Positions 12,452 through 25,389 of a DNA stretch of 64,000 nucleotides are shown one piece after another. The notes under the pieces are model-generated. The model did not search any database. It was not told the origin of the DNA and saw nothing but the letters and a program-made list of their open reading frames with translations. Every line of letters starts with the position of its first letter. The first letter of the stretch is position 1. A program made the position numbers and the translations under genes. The DNA lies in the NCBI RefSeq assembly GCF_018350175.1, contig NC_058368.1, positions 38,132,001 through 38,196,000 of the forward strand. Direction: 5' to 3'. Origin of the DNA: Felis catus. Taxonomy: Eukaryota.

Positions 12452-12628
12452 TAGTTCTCAAACTTTAGCGTGTAAGTCACCTGAAGGCTTTTTACAAAAC
12501 AGATTTCTGAGGTCCACTTCCAGCATTTCTGAGTCAGTAGGTCTTGGATGGGAACTGAGAATTTGTATTTCTGACAAGTTTCCAGGTGAGCTATGATAAT
12601 GGTACCCGTGGCTTTCAGAACTATTGCC
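12452..12628. mobile_element. MER5A (hAT-Charlie)
   Basis: GTTCTCAAACTTTAGCGTGTAAGTCACCTG...TTCTGAGTCAGTAGGTCT...AATTTGTATTTCTGACAAGTTTCCAGGTGA. Confidence 0.85.
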
Positions 12629-13155
12629 CTGGACCAAGCACTTTTGCAGGGAAACTTGTGTCATCCACACATATCAGATTCAAATACACAACTTGTATCC
12701 TCATCTGTGAAACAAACAAACAAACAAACAAAAAACAAGCAAATAAATATGTTTCTTATAGTATCTTCTACTTAATTGTCATTCTAATGTATTAGTTGTA
12801 CGATGTCTCCTGGAATCTGCTTGGTGGCAAAATTAATATACCACCTCATTTACATGTTTCAGAAAGGCCTACGCCATTATAATTCTAGTGGTCTTCTGTT
12901 TAGGACAAATATAAAATCTGAAACAAAAGGTAACAAATAAAATTATAAATTATATACTTAGGCTTTACTTTTATACTTTATATTCAGCATTTTTTATTTC
13001 TTCTTATAATTTTCTTTTAAAATCTGTTTCCTTTGCAGGCTTCACTGGTAAAATAGTATTTGATAGTATAGTTATAATTTTAATTTGAAGTTATAATGAA
13101 GTTAGTGTAGTTTAGATTTAAGGCTGGACTACAGGAAAACCAACTACCTGCTTAC

Positions 13156-13685
13156 ATATAAAGTAAATTTCGTTTTTCTTTTTTGGTTTTGCTGAATGAA
13201 GGACACAGGAGTATTTTGTCCTGGGACATCTCCCCATGAATTTCTATGTCCATAACCTTTTGGTTAGGACTAATCCAATTGTGCTCAGAATCTTTTAAAT
13301 TGTCTGATAATCTAAAGGAAAATCCCATTAATATGTGTTATCTGCAATTTCTGTAATATGATTAAACTATGTAGGATGCCAGTTTTTTCTTTTATTGCAT
13401 CTTTTAATTCCCTTGCATACTTTTTAAAAATCGGATCATATTCAAATAGATATATCCACACAATCTCGTTAGAGTTTGGATTCAATTTTAGCCCCATGAT
13501 TTTGAAAATGTATTTGATTCTACTTCAGAGCAGATAAATAATTTCTATCTTTCATAGAAAATTAGTTTTCCATTGTTGCACCAATATTGCTTTCATGCAT
13601 ATAAATTTGCAAGAAAAATAATTATCATCGAGTGTGATTCAGAGTTCCATAACCAGATCAGCAGCAAAGGGCACTTCTGGAGTAA
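13156..13685 (-). pseudogene. Putative exon relic A (EF-hand region) of decayed EF-hand/WD40 gene
   Basis: Strong acceptor TTTTATTTCCCACAG| at 13686, donor AT|GTAAGC at 13156/13155; KILSTIGLVLTKRLW/MDIEIHGEMSQDK resembles KVLSSVSDEMLKELFLKVDSDCEGFVTWQK; stops and frameshifts. Confidence 0.55.
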
Positions 13686-14999
13686 CTGTGGGAAATAAAA
13701 CCAATACTACATTCTTTTATTTAGCTCTGCCTATATTCTGTGTGACTGAAAAGGGAAGTAAAATTACAGATTTCTTTTACTTAAAAGAAGAAAAATGTTA
13801 TAATCAAATCAAAGTAACTTCTAGTAAAAAAAAAAGTTATACGAATAACATGGTTTTCATTACTTCTTTACTGTTGAATTCTGGACAAAGCCTCTTTTCT
13901 AGCTGTGAAGTTAGTTTCATGTAGTGGTCAGCTACCTTGTTGATTCATACAGTCAATGTATGCCAATGATACCCAATGTTTATTTTACCATGAGCACTCT
14001 CCCCTTCTCCTGAAAGAATAGAGAAACATACATACCCGTTTAATATAATATTTCAATAGTAAACATTTAATCCATGTGTTTATAAAATAGAATAAAAACA
14101 GAACTAGCAAAATGTTGTCTCATAAATGATATGCAAAGCCCTAAATATAATTTTTTTAACTGCCAATTTTGAGTTTTCTGACACATTTTTGAGATCTGCC
14201 CTGACTTGGTCAATATATTTGATTTATTTCTGAAAATAAATAAAAAATAAATACAATGATAACAATGAAAATAAAAACAGGCCACAAGCTGAGAGCCTCA
14301 AAGAGTACTAAATTTTAAGAGAATTGTATTTCAAACTAATGCGGTAAGAATAATTAAAACCTGGCTGATTATTAGGGTCTTTAAAGGATGTTGTGCAACG
14401 CATTTCTCTGCATCTTTGTGACACAAAACCAAGAATGTATTTTCCTCCCAAAGTCCTCATACTTTTCATTAGCATCTTTCTCTTAATTCTTGAGTTGTCC
14501 TCAGAAGGCTCCTTAGGTTGGTCTTTTCTGGAATACTAACCCCAAAGCTGACAACTCTTTTGAAATGAAATATAAGCTGTGCTTTTCATATTTTGTGATC
14601 TATTTGCTGCCTTTTCCGTAATGATAATTTTTTAAATGGTTTGAATGTCAATGATTAAGTGTTTTTTGGCAATGCAAATTTGGGGTCATGTAATAATTTT
14701 AAATATTCATGCAGATATGACATGTGATGCATTTGACATTTAAAATAAAATGTAAACTTGGGGAAAAAATAAGCAGTATAAACTCAAAATCTTCCACAAA
14801 TTTAAGCAGTTAGAATTTTAAAATAACTATATTGTGTTTTCATATGTCCTCAAATTTCATGAGAAAAAATATAGCAGGCATGAAAAAATGATGGCAACTT
14901 CACGAAAAAATTCCAGGGTTTATATAAAGTTGGTACAGATCTAATTTAACTCTTGCACCTACATCTAGAGTTCCCTATAGTCATTGATTTTCTCCAAAA

Positions 15000-15350
15000 C
15001 TTGCCTTCATAGTTTATTGCCTTCATTTATTCACTCATTTTTTTTTCTGCAATAGCTAAGCCCTGTCATTTCTACCTATTGAAATCCTATTTATCTGTCA
15101 AGCTTCAGCTAACATGTCACCTGCAAAGAAGCATTTTGCAATCCCCATCCTCCAGTAGTGAGCAAGGATTGTTCCATTCTCTGAACTCCCATTGTATTTT
15201 TATGCCACTCATACAATGGGTTACCATGCGTTATAGCATTTGCAACCCCTAAAGATTATATGCTTCTTGAGTAAAGATATTATTTATTTTCAGCCCCAGG
15301 GTACATTGAACAGCTTTTGGTAATCTATAAATACTTAACGAAGAAGTATA
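15000..15350 (+). mobile_element. L2 3' fragment
   Basis: TCCTATTTATCTGTCAAGCTTCAGCTAACATGTCACC...AGATTATATGCTTCTTGAG. Confidence 0.6.
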
Positions 15351-15463
15351 GGAAAGAATATGAGGCATTCCATGGCTCCTACACAATTCAAGAAAGAATA
15401 AATTTCACTCATTTGTTAAACATATGTAATTTCTTTACACGTACTGAATCACTTAATGTTCTT

Positions 15464-15770
15464 TGTGATAGATTGATTTCACTGATGGCTCTAATTCTTC
15501 ACCCATCCCTGCGTCCTAAACTTTCTCTATCACTCTTGACTTGGTGGCTTCTGCCATCAAGATTGGGTGACTTGGCTCTACTCCACATGTCTATCATCTC
15601 TCATCAGATATCCAGGCATGCCTTAGGCTAGGAAGCATAGAAAAGCCGATAGCCAACTATCCACACCCCAACATACGAGGAATCCAGCCGAGATCAACAA
15701 AACCATTTGACAAACATTCCAGGTGTATTAGCAGTAAATACTTCTGAATGCTTACCACTGTTTTTCTCTG
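15464..15770 (+). mobile_element. MLT1-type LTR fragment
   Basis: TGTGATAGATTG...ATGGCTCTAATTCTTCACCCATCCCTG start resembles old MLT1 LTRs. Confidence 0.55.
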
Positions 15771-15879
15771 ACACTTCTCTGAAAGCTTTTCCAATCAGTC
15801 ACAGGCATGAGTGTATGTCTTGCCATGTATGTCTTGTCAAAAGTACTATACCATGTATTTTGGGTAGAGGCATCTACGC

Positions 15880-17240
15880 ATCATCTATATGTTAAGAAAT
15901 CACTTAAACAACTTTAAGACCATATTAGTTGGACTGATTTAGGTTTTCCAGAACAGTAACCTAGAAGCAAATAGGTTCATGGGACTGCTAAGCCAAGATG
16001 AAACAGAACAAGAAGTCATTACATAGGACTGAATGAACTGATTGTGGGTTTTGTTTGAAATATTATTGATCTTTTAATGTTATATTTTCTGTATATAAAA
16101 GGAAGTCTTTTCTTTTTTTCCTTAAGCTATCTATAAATTATAATAATTTAGTAGACAGAAGTTAAACATTTTTTAAATCATATGTTTTCCTCCTTGTCTG
16201 ATCCCTGCAGGATATGGGAACTATTACTAAGTTTTATACATAGCAATATGCTTGTTTTCATAGGCTCAGTGTGAATCTATCCTTCTTACCAGTAGAACTT
16301 GATTAGAAATATCAGATATGTATCCAAGGCCTTACCTGAAATGTCATATTTGAGAATGATATTCTAATAGATATACCTAGACACTTTTAAGGAACTAAGC
16401 CTGACTTTAAGGGGTCAATGCTTACAAAGCTCATTTGGGAAAAATGGCCTGGTATCTGACTTAAAGTACTCATGGACTTATATGTTCTGAGTCTTACAGA
16501 TAAAGAAGGCCACTTCTTGGTAACCCCAGGAATCAAGATATTTTAAGGACTTCTACAAGAGAGGTTTTCATCCATAATTGTAGGTAATATAGGTAAAATG
16601 TCATGGTGAGCACATGAATTGTTTTCTTGGCTTCAGGAGGCTTTTAAAAGTCCGATCTGAGATTTCTTATGAAAACTTCCCACATAGAAAACTGGAAAAG
16701 GACAACTTGGGAAATTACCATTCTTGCTACACCTATGTAAATAATCAGGCCAAATATGATAAGTTTTATTTCATGATCAAGAATACATTTCTTTGAAGTT
16801 TTTTTTTTAAATAAAAATGTGGGGTAATGACTGTAGAGAGAAATTTTATGTTTCAGTAGAAAACCATGTATAATCTAAAACACACTCTTCTTGGGAGAGG
16901 AAGATTTTGAGATTGTCCTATAAATTAGACTGGATACTGTTTCTGTGTCTGAATTATTTTAGTTCCTTTACAAATTTTCAGTTCTTTCAATTTCCTCCAA
17001 ATTGATGTTTCCAATTTTTCCTGATAGGCCTCACCAAGAACTAAAATCCAACTACCCAGATCCCTTTTAGGACCGGATGTTACCTTACAGGTGGACTTTT
17101 CTGCCACAATCTGAGGAAGTCTTGGAAGCTCAAGACCAACTCTATGAAGGACTCATCACCAGCAGACCAGGCATGGGCCAGATTACCTCCTGAATAAGCC
17201 TTTACCTAGGCCACTGTGGAAATCCTGCAAAATGCTACAG
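15880..17240 (+). mobile_element. ERV1 (MER4-group) internal sequence fragment
   Basis: GGACTGAATGAACTGA...GGAAAAATGGCCTGGTATCTG...AGGAGGCTTTTAAAAGTCCGATCTGAGATTTCTTATG...TATGTAAATAATCAGGCCAA motifs. Confidence 0.7.
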
Positions 17241-17489
17241 TAGTATCGGTCCTTATCAAAAGATAAGTAATAAATTTCTGATATTAATGGAATGATATAA
17301 AAAGATATACTTTTAATATATTTATGTAATAGCATTTTTTAAAAGTTTTGTTCAACATTTCTCAAACAGATGTTTCAGAAAGCATGTATATGTGTCTAAC
17401 CAGTACATCTAATTTTCATAATCTTCAAATAGGTCTAAGCATTTTGCCATTACACGTGATTCAGCATGACTTAAAAACAATAAAGTTTT

Positions 17490-17712
17490 GGGGCGCCTGG
17501 GTGGCGCAGTCGGTTAAGTGTCCGACTTCAGCCAGGTCACGATCTCGCGGTCTGTGAGTTCGAGCCCCGCGTGGGGCTCTGGGCTGATGGCTCAGAGCCT
17601 GGAGCCTGTTTCCGATTCTGTGTCTCCCTCTCTTTCTGCCCCTCCCCCGTTCATGATCTGTCTCTCTCTGTCCCAAAAATAAATAAACGTTGAAAAAAAA
17701 AATTTAAAAAAA
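17490..17712 (+). mobile_element. Young Can-SINE (SINEC_Fc)
   Basis: Near-consensus; perfect 17-bp TSD AAAAACAATAAAGTTTT at 17473-17489 and 17713-17729. Confidence 0.97.
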
Positions 17713-17859
17713 AAAAACAATAAAGTTTTAAGTTTTGTCTATGTGCCATTAATACATCAGTTCTGGGAATACCTGGCCAGTTGCTATTATAAAAATATGG
17801 ATGTGATTTCTTATTTCTTAAGAAGAAAAAAATTTCCAGCAAAATAATTTAGAAGTAGA

Positions 17860-18000
17860 GTATCAGTTAACAAGTTAAGCTCTAAAGACAGGAGGAACTA
17901 CATTTATATCCTATCTTTGTCACTTGCTTGCTTTATGAGGTTGAAGAAGTTATTTATCCTCTCTAATGCTCATTTCCTTATCAATAAAATTAGCATGTTT
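17860..18000 (+). mobile_element. MIR fragment
   Basis: GAAGTTATTTATCCTCTCTAATGCTCATTTCCTTATCAATAAAAT core. Confidence 0.65.
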
Positions 18001-18439
18001 TGATTAATTTGCAATTAGTATAAGGATACAGTGTACTAATGGAGTGTTTCCCAAGTTTCTATTGTTCTATGCTGCTTTAACAAATTGTGTCTTTTCTTCA
18101 TGCCATCCTCAATATTTATTCTTTAATATTTAAAAAATTTACTTATATAATTAAGTGAATATAATTATAAGTGAATTTTATATTAAAATTATTCAGGAAA
18201 ATCCATTGCTATTACCAGGAATGCAAGCAAACATAAAAATTCATAAGAGCGGTAATATATAAAAATTATATTTACTCCTTTTCCTAACGAAGGCCCTAAT
18301 CAAGGGATTTTACTTTATATAACAACAATAATGAGAGGAATTTAGCAAGTGTTATAATTTGCCATTGACAACTGAATCAAAAGACATGTAAAATTATGGG
18401 AAATGGAGTAACTTTTCACTATGCAATCCTTATTATGAA

Positions 18440-19860
18440 ATATATCAATGGAAACACTTTCCATTTTGATCCATGAGGCCAACAAAATTGTAAACATTAC
18501 AAAGCACAGGAAGAGAAAATAACTGACTGATACCTCTCATGAATATATATATATATACATATACATATATATATGTATATGTATACACATATATTCACCC
18601 AAATATTGTAAAGTTGAATTCTTTTTACAAGTAACAATACAATTTGAAAAAGGGGAATGAACTCTAGAAATGTGAGATTTATTTAATATTTGAAAATCAA
18701 TTAATGTAATTTGTAATATTGGTAGATTAAACATAATAGCTTAAAGGACAAAGACTTATGATCTTCTTAAACGTTCAGAGAAATAATATAATACAATGTC
18801 ACCTATTAATGATATAAATTAAACTCTCAGAAAACTAAGGAAACACTATAATTTACTCAACCTGGCAAAGAGCATCTGTGAAAACACAATAGCCACCCCA
18901 CCATTCTATTTAATAATGAAATAATGGACATTTTTCCTTAAAATCAGAAGCAACTATTAGAACTTAGATATGAATTTAGGAAGATCATGGGATGCAAGGC
19001 CAACCTACGCAAAAAAATCAATTGCATTCGTATATTTTAGTAGGAAGCAGTTAGAAAATACAGATTTTAAATATGCTAGAGACTTCTGCTTCTGACCAAA
19101 AGGATATAAAAAATATATCCATGTGAGACAATAAGTCAGACAAAATACATGAACCAACATTTTTCAAGACACTGAACATGAGACAATGAAGGACAATGAT
19201 CTCTGACAGAAAAAAAAAACAAATAATGTGAGTCTTTCTGTTGCCAAAACTTACTACCTCAAGAGAGTTTCCAAGCTGTGGTGCAGGGATGGATAATTCA
19301 GATGAGGTCCATTGAGCTCCCTGGGCTGAGAAGATTGCCTGGATGGTCAAGGACAGTGAAGTGACATGAGTTCACCAAACATCTTACCAGAGGGGAGAGA
19401 CTTGGGTGGAGAGGGAGTTCTGGAAATCTACAAAGGGTCATTTCCAAATATGCAGAAGAATAGTGCCCAGAAAACATGGGTAAGGTATAACAACCTGATG
19501 CTTGGAAAGAATGTCCAGAATATATTAGAGAGAACAGTATTCAGTATTCACATAAGAGTGAAAATCGTGCCTCTTCCCACCAACGGTCCTGGAAAACCTT
19601 GATTCACTGAGCATCAGATTGGGCATTCAGAAGGGTTAGAAGCATTTTGTTTCAGAAGTAGAGAATGATTGGCTATGGACGAAACACTGCTATTGTGATT
19701 CCTAGCAAGTTTTAAAAACAAGACCAGAAAGGATCAAACTGTTTTAGAATGATTTAATAACATCTCAGTACAAAGTTTAATATGTTTAAAAGAATTCAAA
19801 AATGCCTATCATCCAATAAGGTGAAATTTCCAATCCTTTCTCATTCGAATAAAAATATAT
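18440..19860 (+). mobile_element. Ancient L1M fragments (ORF2 piece followed by 5' UTR piece)
   Basis: AAACTCTCAGAAAACTAAG...AACCTGGCAAAGAGCATCTGTGAAAA, then GACTTCTGCTTCTGACC...TTTTCAAGACACTGAACATGAG. Confidence 0.65.
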
Positions 19861-20739
19861 TTAAAAAATAATTCCAGGACTAGAAACCTCACTTGCTAAA
19901 TGTCTATATTTTATTTTCTTCTCTACAGTGAAAAACTGCATTTATATCCCCTAAATGTTGAAATGATTTTTTTCTCCTTGCCCTTTCTAACATTCAATCA
20001 TACTCAAATTGGTGCATCCCACTATCATGTTTAAAACACCCTCTGAAAATATAGTTAGCAAGATCCAGTACAGAATAGATATCAGATATGCCATTCAGTG
20101 GAATGCTCTATTTATCTGTGGCTAATGTGCTTTCCCTAAATGCACCACCTCTTATTTCTCTGTAACCAATACAAACCTATATAAAATATTAATTCCCATA
20201 AGTTAAGTTTTAGGAAAATAGAACCATAAAATCGATTACATTCTACAGACTATTGACTTGGATGAAAGGGGGGGCAGCAGCCTGATGCAGAAACAGTGAC
20301 AGAAAATAACAACAAAGAACTTTTCTTAATGTCATGGAAAATGAAGCTTTTATTTTATCACCTGTCAAATGAGAACTCATTTGTTTTAGACAGAGAAATA
20401 CCAGACATTGTAAAATGAGACATTGAAGAAAAAAATGTCCACATCAGTGTAGATGTTTATATAGTCATAGAAATTTAGAGCCTTGGTGCATGAAAACATT
20501 ATTTACAAATACGTAGGATGCGTTAACAGTTTGGGTTGAAGCTCGAACTAACCTGTCGCAAAACATTAATTGCCAGTCATTCTGGTTCTAAATATTTGTG
20601 TTACTGTTAAACAAACAAAAATATTAGAGAATAGCTTATATAGTTTGCCATCTATTTAGATTTTTTGACCCCACTTCATGTAATTTGCACATGACAATAA
20701 AAGTATGTGGACTGTTTATCTTTTAATTGCATTATACAT

Positions 20740-21180
20740 AGATTATTCATCTTTCATTGCCTTGCTGGTAAGTCCTGGGGAAGGAACTCTGTGGGCTATG
20801 TCATCTCTCCATTGCCCCTGGCCTTCCTGTTTTATTTAGAATATGGAAGTTACTGACAGGAGACCAGAGGTCGGGGGGTGGGGCAGGGGAGGGGAGCCAT
20901 TTCTTTCCTATTCTCATTTTTGCACATAATCTCCAGAAGTAGTTTTTTTGCTGCCAGGAATATAGCTCTTCAATGTTTACTCCTTAGTACATTCTTAGTA
21001 ATAATGTTTTCTCCTCTCAACACTATAGACTTGGATGTAGAATAGCATCCCATGGTTGCTTTTTTCTGGATATCTCATGATGCCTTTAGTCTTCTTCTAA
21101 CCCTGACAATAAATCTGTAAGTGGTCCCTTCTGTTGGTCCATCTGGGGGAATTCAGTAATCCAGTAATGCTGACTGATAA
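20740..21180 (+). mobile_element. Old ERVL LTR (LTR33-like)
   Basis: CAGGAGACCAGAGG...CCATGGTTGCT...CTAACCCTGAC...CTGTAAGTGGTCCCTT...CTGACTGATA. Confidence 0.55.
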
Positions 21181-22469
21181 AGTGTATTACTAAAAAGTTT
21201 GTTTGGGTGACAGGACTGGATTTTCCATAAATATCAAGATTTTTGGTATGAAGTAGCAAATATTTTTAATGTGAACCTGAAATAATACCTGAAACTTATT
21301 GAATTTTTAAAATCTAATAGGTAATATTATGAGCAACATATATGTATTGTGTTTCAGTTCTCACAACCGTGTATGAGCTACTGTTACAAACAAAACAAAG
21401 TCAATCTAGTGATGGTTCACAACTGTCAAGTTATTTTGGTAAATAATAGTGTCTTGTAGTGGTAGGCTATACAGAGATATTTCCCAATTTCACCAACATG
21501 CAGAATGTTATAATAAAAGCAAGTCTTGGATCAAATTCTGTCATTAATGCATTATACCTGTTTTTAGTAGGTTTAGTGAAAGCCAACACTATATCCAGAG
21601 GAAGAAATCAGGTCAGAAGACAGTGTCCTTTGTGAAGTAGGAGATAGCCAGTACTAACAGGATTTAGAGTCTGATCCCTGCCAAAGAGATAGTAGAATGC
21701 TCTGTTTTCCAGTTTCTCATAGCTGATTCATACAACAAGAATGAGTCCTACAAAACCGATACTCTTAAAAACAAGAACAGTGAATCCCAACCACTTTTTT
21801 GAACCGTTTATTTCACCAGTGAAGACTTATTTCTAATAGCTCAGGGTAATTGGCATACTCTGTGGTACAGATTTCAATAATGATATTTGATTTGCTCAGG
21901 AAACAAGTCTCTTATGCTGATTCTACTAATGTATTTCAAATGGTAACTACGCCAAGGCATAGATTACAGGTAACATAATTATATACTACAATACTTAGAT
22001 GTATGTTTGATCAATTTATTTTTTCTATAAGAAAAAAAAAAGGTGAGCTCCTAAATAGAAATACAGCTTTTCTTATAATTAATAAGGGATAAAGAGGACT
22101 ATTCCTGAAGAGTCACTATAGCAGATGTGGTAATGGATTATATACACTGTCTCATAAAGGCTGTGTCTACTCTATTTCACCTTCTAATCATTAAACAGCA
22201 TTTCCCTCTCCTTCCCTCATTCTCTCCCTCTCTAATCCTCTCCCTCCCCTCCCCCCTCCCTCTTCTTGTCTCTGGTTTTGGGTCTTACATGTACACACAC
22301 ACACACACACACACACTGCCATTTCACCAAACCATTAGGTAGTTGTATATTATTCAATATCTTGCCTCTAAAGACTTAAAGTACCTTTTAATAACAGGGC
22401 ATTGTCCGACATAGTCATAATACAATTAACGAACTCAGAAAAGTTCATGCTAATACTAGTAAAGCAAAA

Positions 22470-23062
22470 ATTATACCAGTCAAAAGTAAACAGAGTAAGA
22501 AAAAAATTATTCAAGGTTGTTGCAATAGTAGAGAGAGACCAGAACACAGAATTCAACTCCACTGGAAAACAAAAACAAAAACAAAAACTGGAGTTTTTAA
22601 GAGCTGAGGGAGGCCTTTTTTGTTTGCTAATTGGCCTTACCAAAAGGAAAAGTAAACTCTCTTATCTTCAGGACAGGACATGGTTTTATAGCTTGAAGCA
22701 AGACACCCACCAAAGTTAGGTGCCTACTCTCCCACAGAGACTGGGAGATAGGGTCTCTACCTTCCTTGATGATTACATTTCAAAGGGATGGTCCCAAGGT
22801 CCTTGAGAAAGTCTTCCTTTATAAAACTGACAAGAGGCTTTAAAAAGATTTACATCTCAAAGAAGCAGAAAAAGAATTTGCAATTACAAGTTTTCTAAAG
22901 AAAATCCTCTAAAGAAAGGGAGAGAAGGGATCTCTTTGGTTAGGGCTTCTGGATTCTCTCAGGGGCTGGAGTATGAGGTAGGTCAGAGGCCTAGAGGCAG
23001 GAAGAAGCCTCCTTATAAACTTTAGTCAAACATGGAAATGTAACTATCATCTTGGTTAATAC
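22470..23062 (-). mobile_element. ERV1-class solo LTR
   Basis: TTGCAATAGTAGAGAGAGACCAGAAC...GATTACATTTCAAAGGGATGG...GTTTTCTAAAG motifs typical of MER4-group LTRs. Confidence 0.6.
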
Positions 23063-23618
23063 AATATTAATCATTAAACATTAATTATTTTCTCATAGAA
23101 AATCAATATTAACATTTCCTCAGTTCTCAAAGTATCCTTTTTAACTGTTTAAAAAAATCTGGGATACAAGAAAAGAACATGAAATGTGTTAAGTTTTCAT
23201 GGGTCTTTAGCTTTCCTTAAATCTAGAAAAAATGCTTCAGCTATGATTTCTTTGTTGACATTGACATTTGTGAAGAGTCAGCACTAGTTGTTTTATAGAA
23301 GTCCATCTATACTGAGTTGTTTTTACAAGTTAGCACATACACAGTATACCAAGTAGGTTTTATCCCTCCCCTCTTCTTACATGAAGAACCTAAAAGGGAG
23401 GTTAATTCTATTGACTCAAATTACGTAGTTTCTAAGTAACTAGCAGGGCCAGGAGCTAATATAAATAGTAAGATTTATCACTTTTAATCCTAATAATGCA
23501 TTGTAATAATGTATAAAATACCCAAAATATGATTTTTTCTTTTTCTGTGATTATTCATCAGCAAATGTGTGGTCATAATTTATGTTATTTATATATTACA
23601 TACATATATACATGTGTG

Positions 23619-23621
<3 letters not shown>

Positions 23622-23652
<31 letters not shown>
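23622..23652. repeat. (CA)n microsatellite
   Basis: Direct read. Confidence 0.95.
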
Positions 23653-23654
<2 letters not shown>

Positions 23655-23943
23655 GTGTTCCTTTATCTGGTAGGCTTTGTTCTCAGGCCTAGTATACAGA
23701 GACACTTACAATCAAATCACTGCCCTGAAGTAATATTGACACTGAAATATTTAAAAATTGTCAATCTGAATCTTAGGCAATGGACACACAATTAGGCGAA
23801 ACACTATATTCTTTCTATTGGAGCAGTTTAATACAGAAATGAAAATCTGGAAAGATTTCTTAAAGGAGAAGAAAATTATCTTTTTTACCTTTTTCCCTGA
23901 TAGTTGAGCTTGCAAACTCCTAACAATAAATTGGTTTACTTTT

Positions 23944-24161
23944 TTGTAAGTTTTTAAGATGTATGCACTTTTGAGAGATAGAGAGAGACATAGTACCATA
24001 GGGGGAGGGGCAGAGAGAGAGGAAGACACAGAATCCAAAGCAGGCTCCAGGCTCCGAGCTGTCAGCACGGAGTTAGACGTAGGGGCTCAAACTCATGAAC
24101 TGCAAGATCGTGACCTGAGCTGAAGTCAGACACCCAACGGACTGAGCCACCCTGAGACCCC
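23944..24161 (-). mobile_element. Can-SINE
   Basis: TSD TAAATTGGTTTACTTTT at 23927-23943 and 24162-24178. Confidence 0.95.
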
Positions 24162-24820
24162 TAAATTGGTTTACTTTTAATCATTATATAAACTAAGACC
24201 ATTTTGTAGTTACATTAACAACGCATTTTAACTTCCACAATTTTTAAATCTTCACACAATTATGAAGAATAAGTTGAAAGTTCAAACATAAGGTCTTCCT
24301 GTTCATGAAATGGTGATTTAGCATGAACTAACTGTTGAGTGCTTCCCTTGATAGCAGTCCTAACTAAACTACAGAAGTGAGATAGAGGCACGGATCTGAG
24401 TAGTAAATGTAAACCTGAGTACCTGCAAAGTTGATCAAGGACTTCCCAGAACCTGTGTGCAGTGGTGGCAGCTGGTGACAGAGCACCCCCAGATCAGCAG
24501 TGGAGATGGAGTTTGGAGAAGAACTTTTAAGTTCTGTTCTTACATCTTTCCCGTAAGTTCAAACACTCATTTTCATGTTGGTATGAAAATATCAGGGCTG
24601 AATAAAGGACTCCTGAAGAAGGAACTAACTTCTACTCAGAGCTGATGAATTACAGTGTAATAATACTTCCAGGTTTGTTTTTTTTTTTTTTGTTTTTTCC
24701 GTAAGTGCTTTATGACTGAGACTTTGTTCAGAGACATTGCCAGTTGAAAGTCAGCAGAGATGGTTGACTATAGTTCTGGAATGCCTGAGGCTCTTAGCCC
24801 TGGGGTTCATTGCTATTCAT

Positions 24821-24940
24821 CTTTTTTTTTTAAGATTTTATCTTTAAGTAATCTCTACATCCAATATCGGCCTCAAATTTACAACTCTGAGATCAAGAGT
24901 CACATGCTCTACCGTATGAACCAGCCAAACCAAACAGTCC
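24821..24940 (-). mobile_element. Short old Can-SINE (tRNA-like head only)
   Basis: TAAGTAATCTCTACATCCAA...CTGAGATCAAGAGTCACATGCTCTACC; imperfect TSD CATTGC.A.TCAT. Confidence 0.8.
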
Positions 24941-25169
24941 CATTGCCACTCATTGACAGAGAAAAAAGATTAAACCAGGGAACAAATAAGACCCATTAAA
25001 AAAGACTGACAGAAGATCAAATTACAGAACTCAGTTGTGTTTGTCAAAATGGTAATATCCAAGTAGAACATGCAAATAACACATGAGTCACAAAAACTAA
25101 ATTAGGAATTAACTTGAATACATACAATGTAATAATAATAAATGTTGTAATTATATTAAGAGTTACACA

Positions 25170-25374
25170 GAGGCGCCTGCGTGACTCAGTCAGGTAAGCG
25201 TCCAGACACTTGGTTTTGGCTCAGGTCAGGATCTCGCTGTTCATGAGACTGAATCCTGTGTCAGGCCCTGCACTGACAGCAAGGAGACTGCTTGGGATTC
25301 TGTCTCCCATCTCCCTCTGCCCCTCCTCTGCTCATGCTCTCTCTTAAAATAAATGAACTTAAAAAAAAGAAAAA
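25170..25374 (+). mobile_element. Can-SINE
   Basis: TSD AAGAGTT(A/G)CACA at 25158-25169 and 25375-25386. Confidence 0.93.
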
Positions 25375-25389
25375 AAGAGTTGCACAAAA

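Noticed and set aside
24821..24940. tRNA-like sequence
   Set aside because: It has a poly-T tail and TSD, so it is a short old Can-SINE rather than a tRNA gene.
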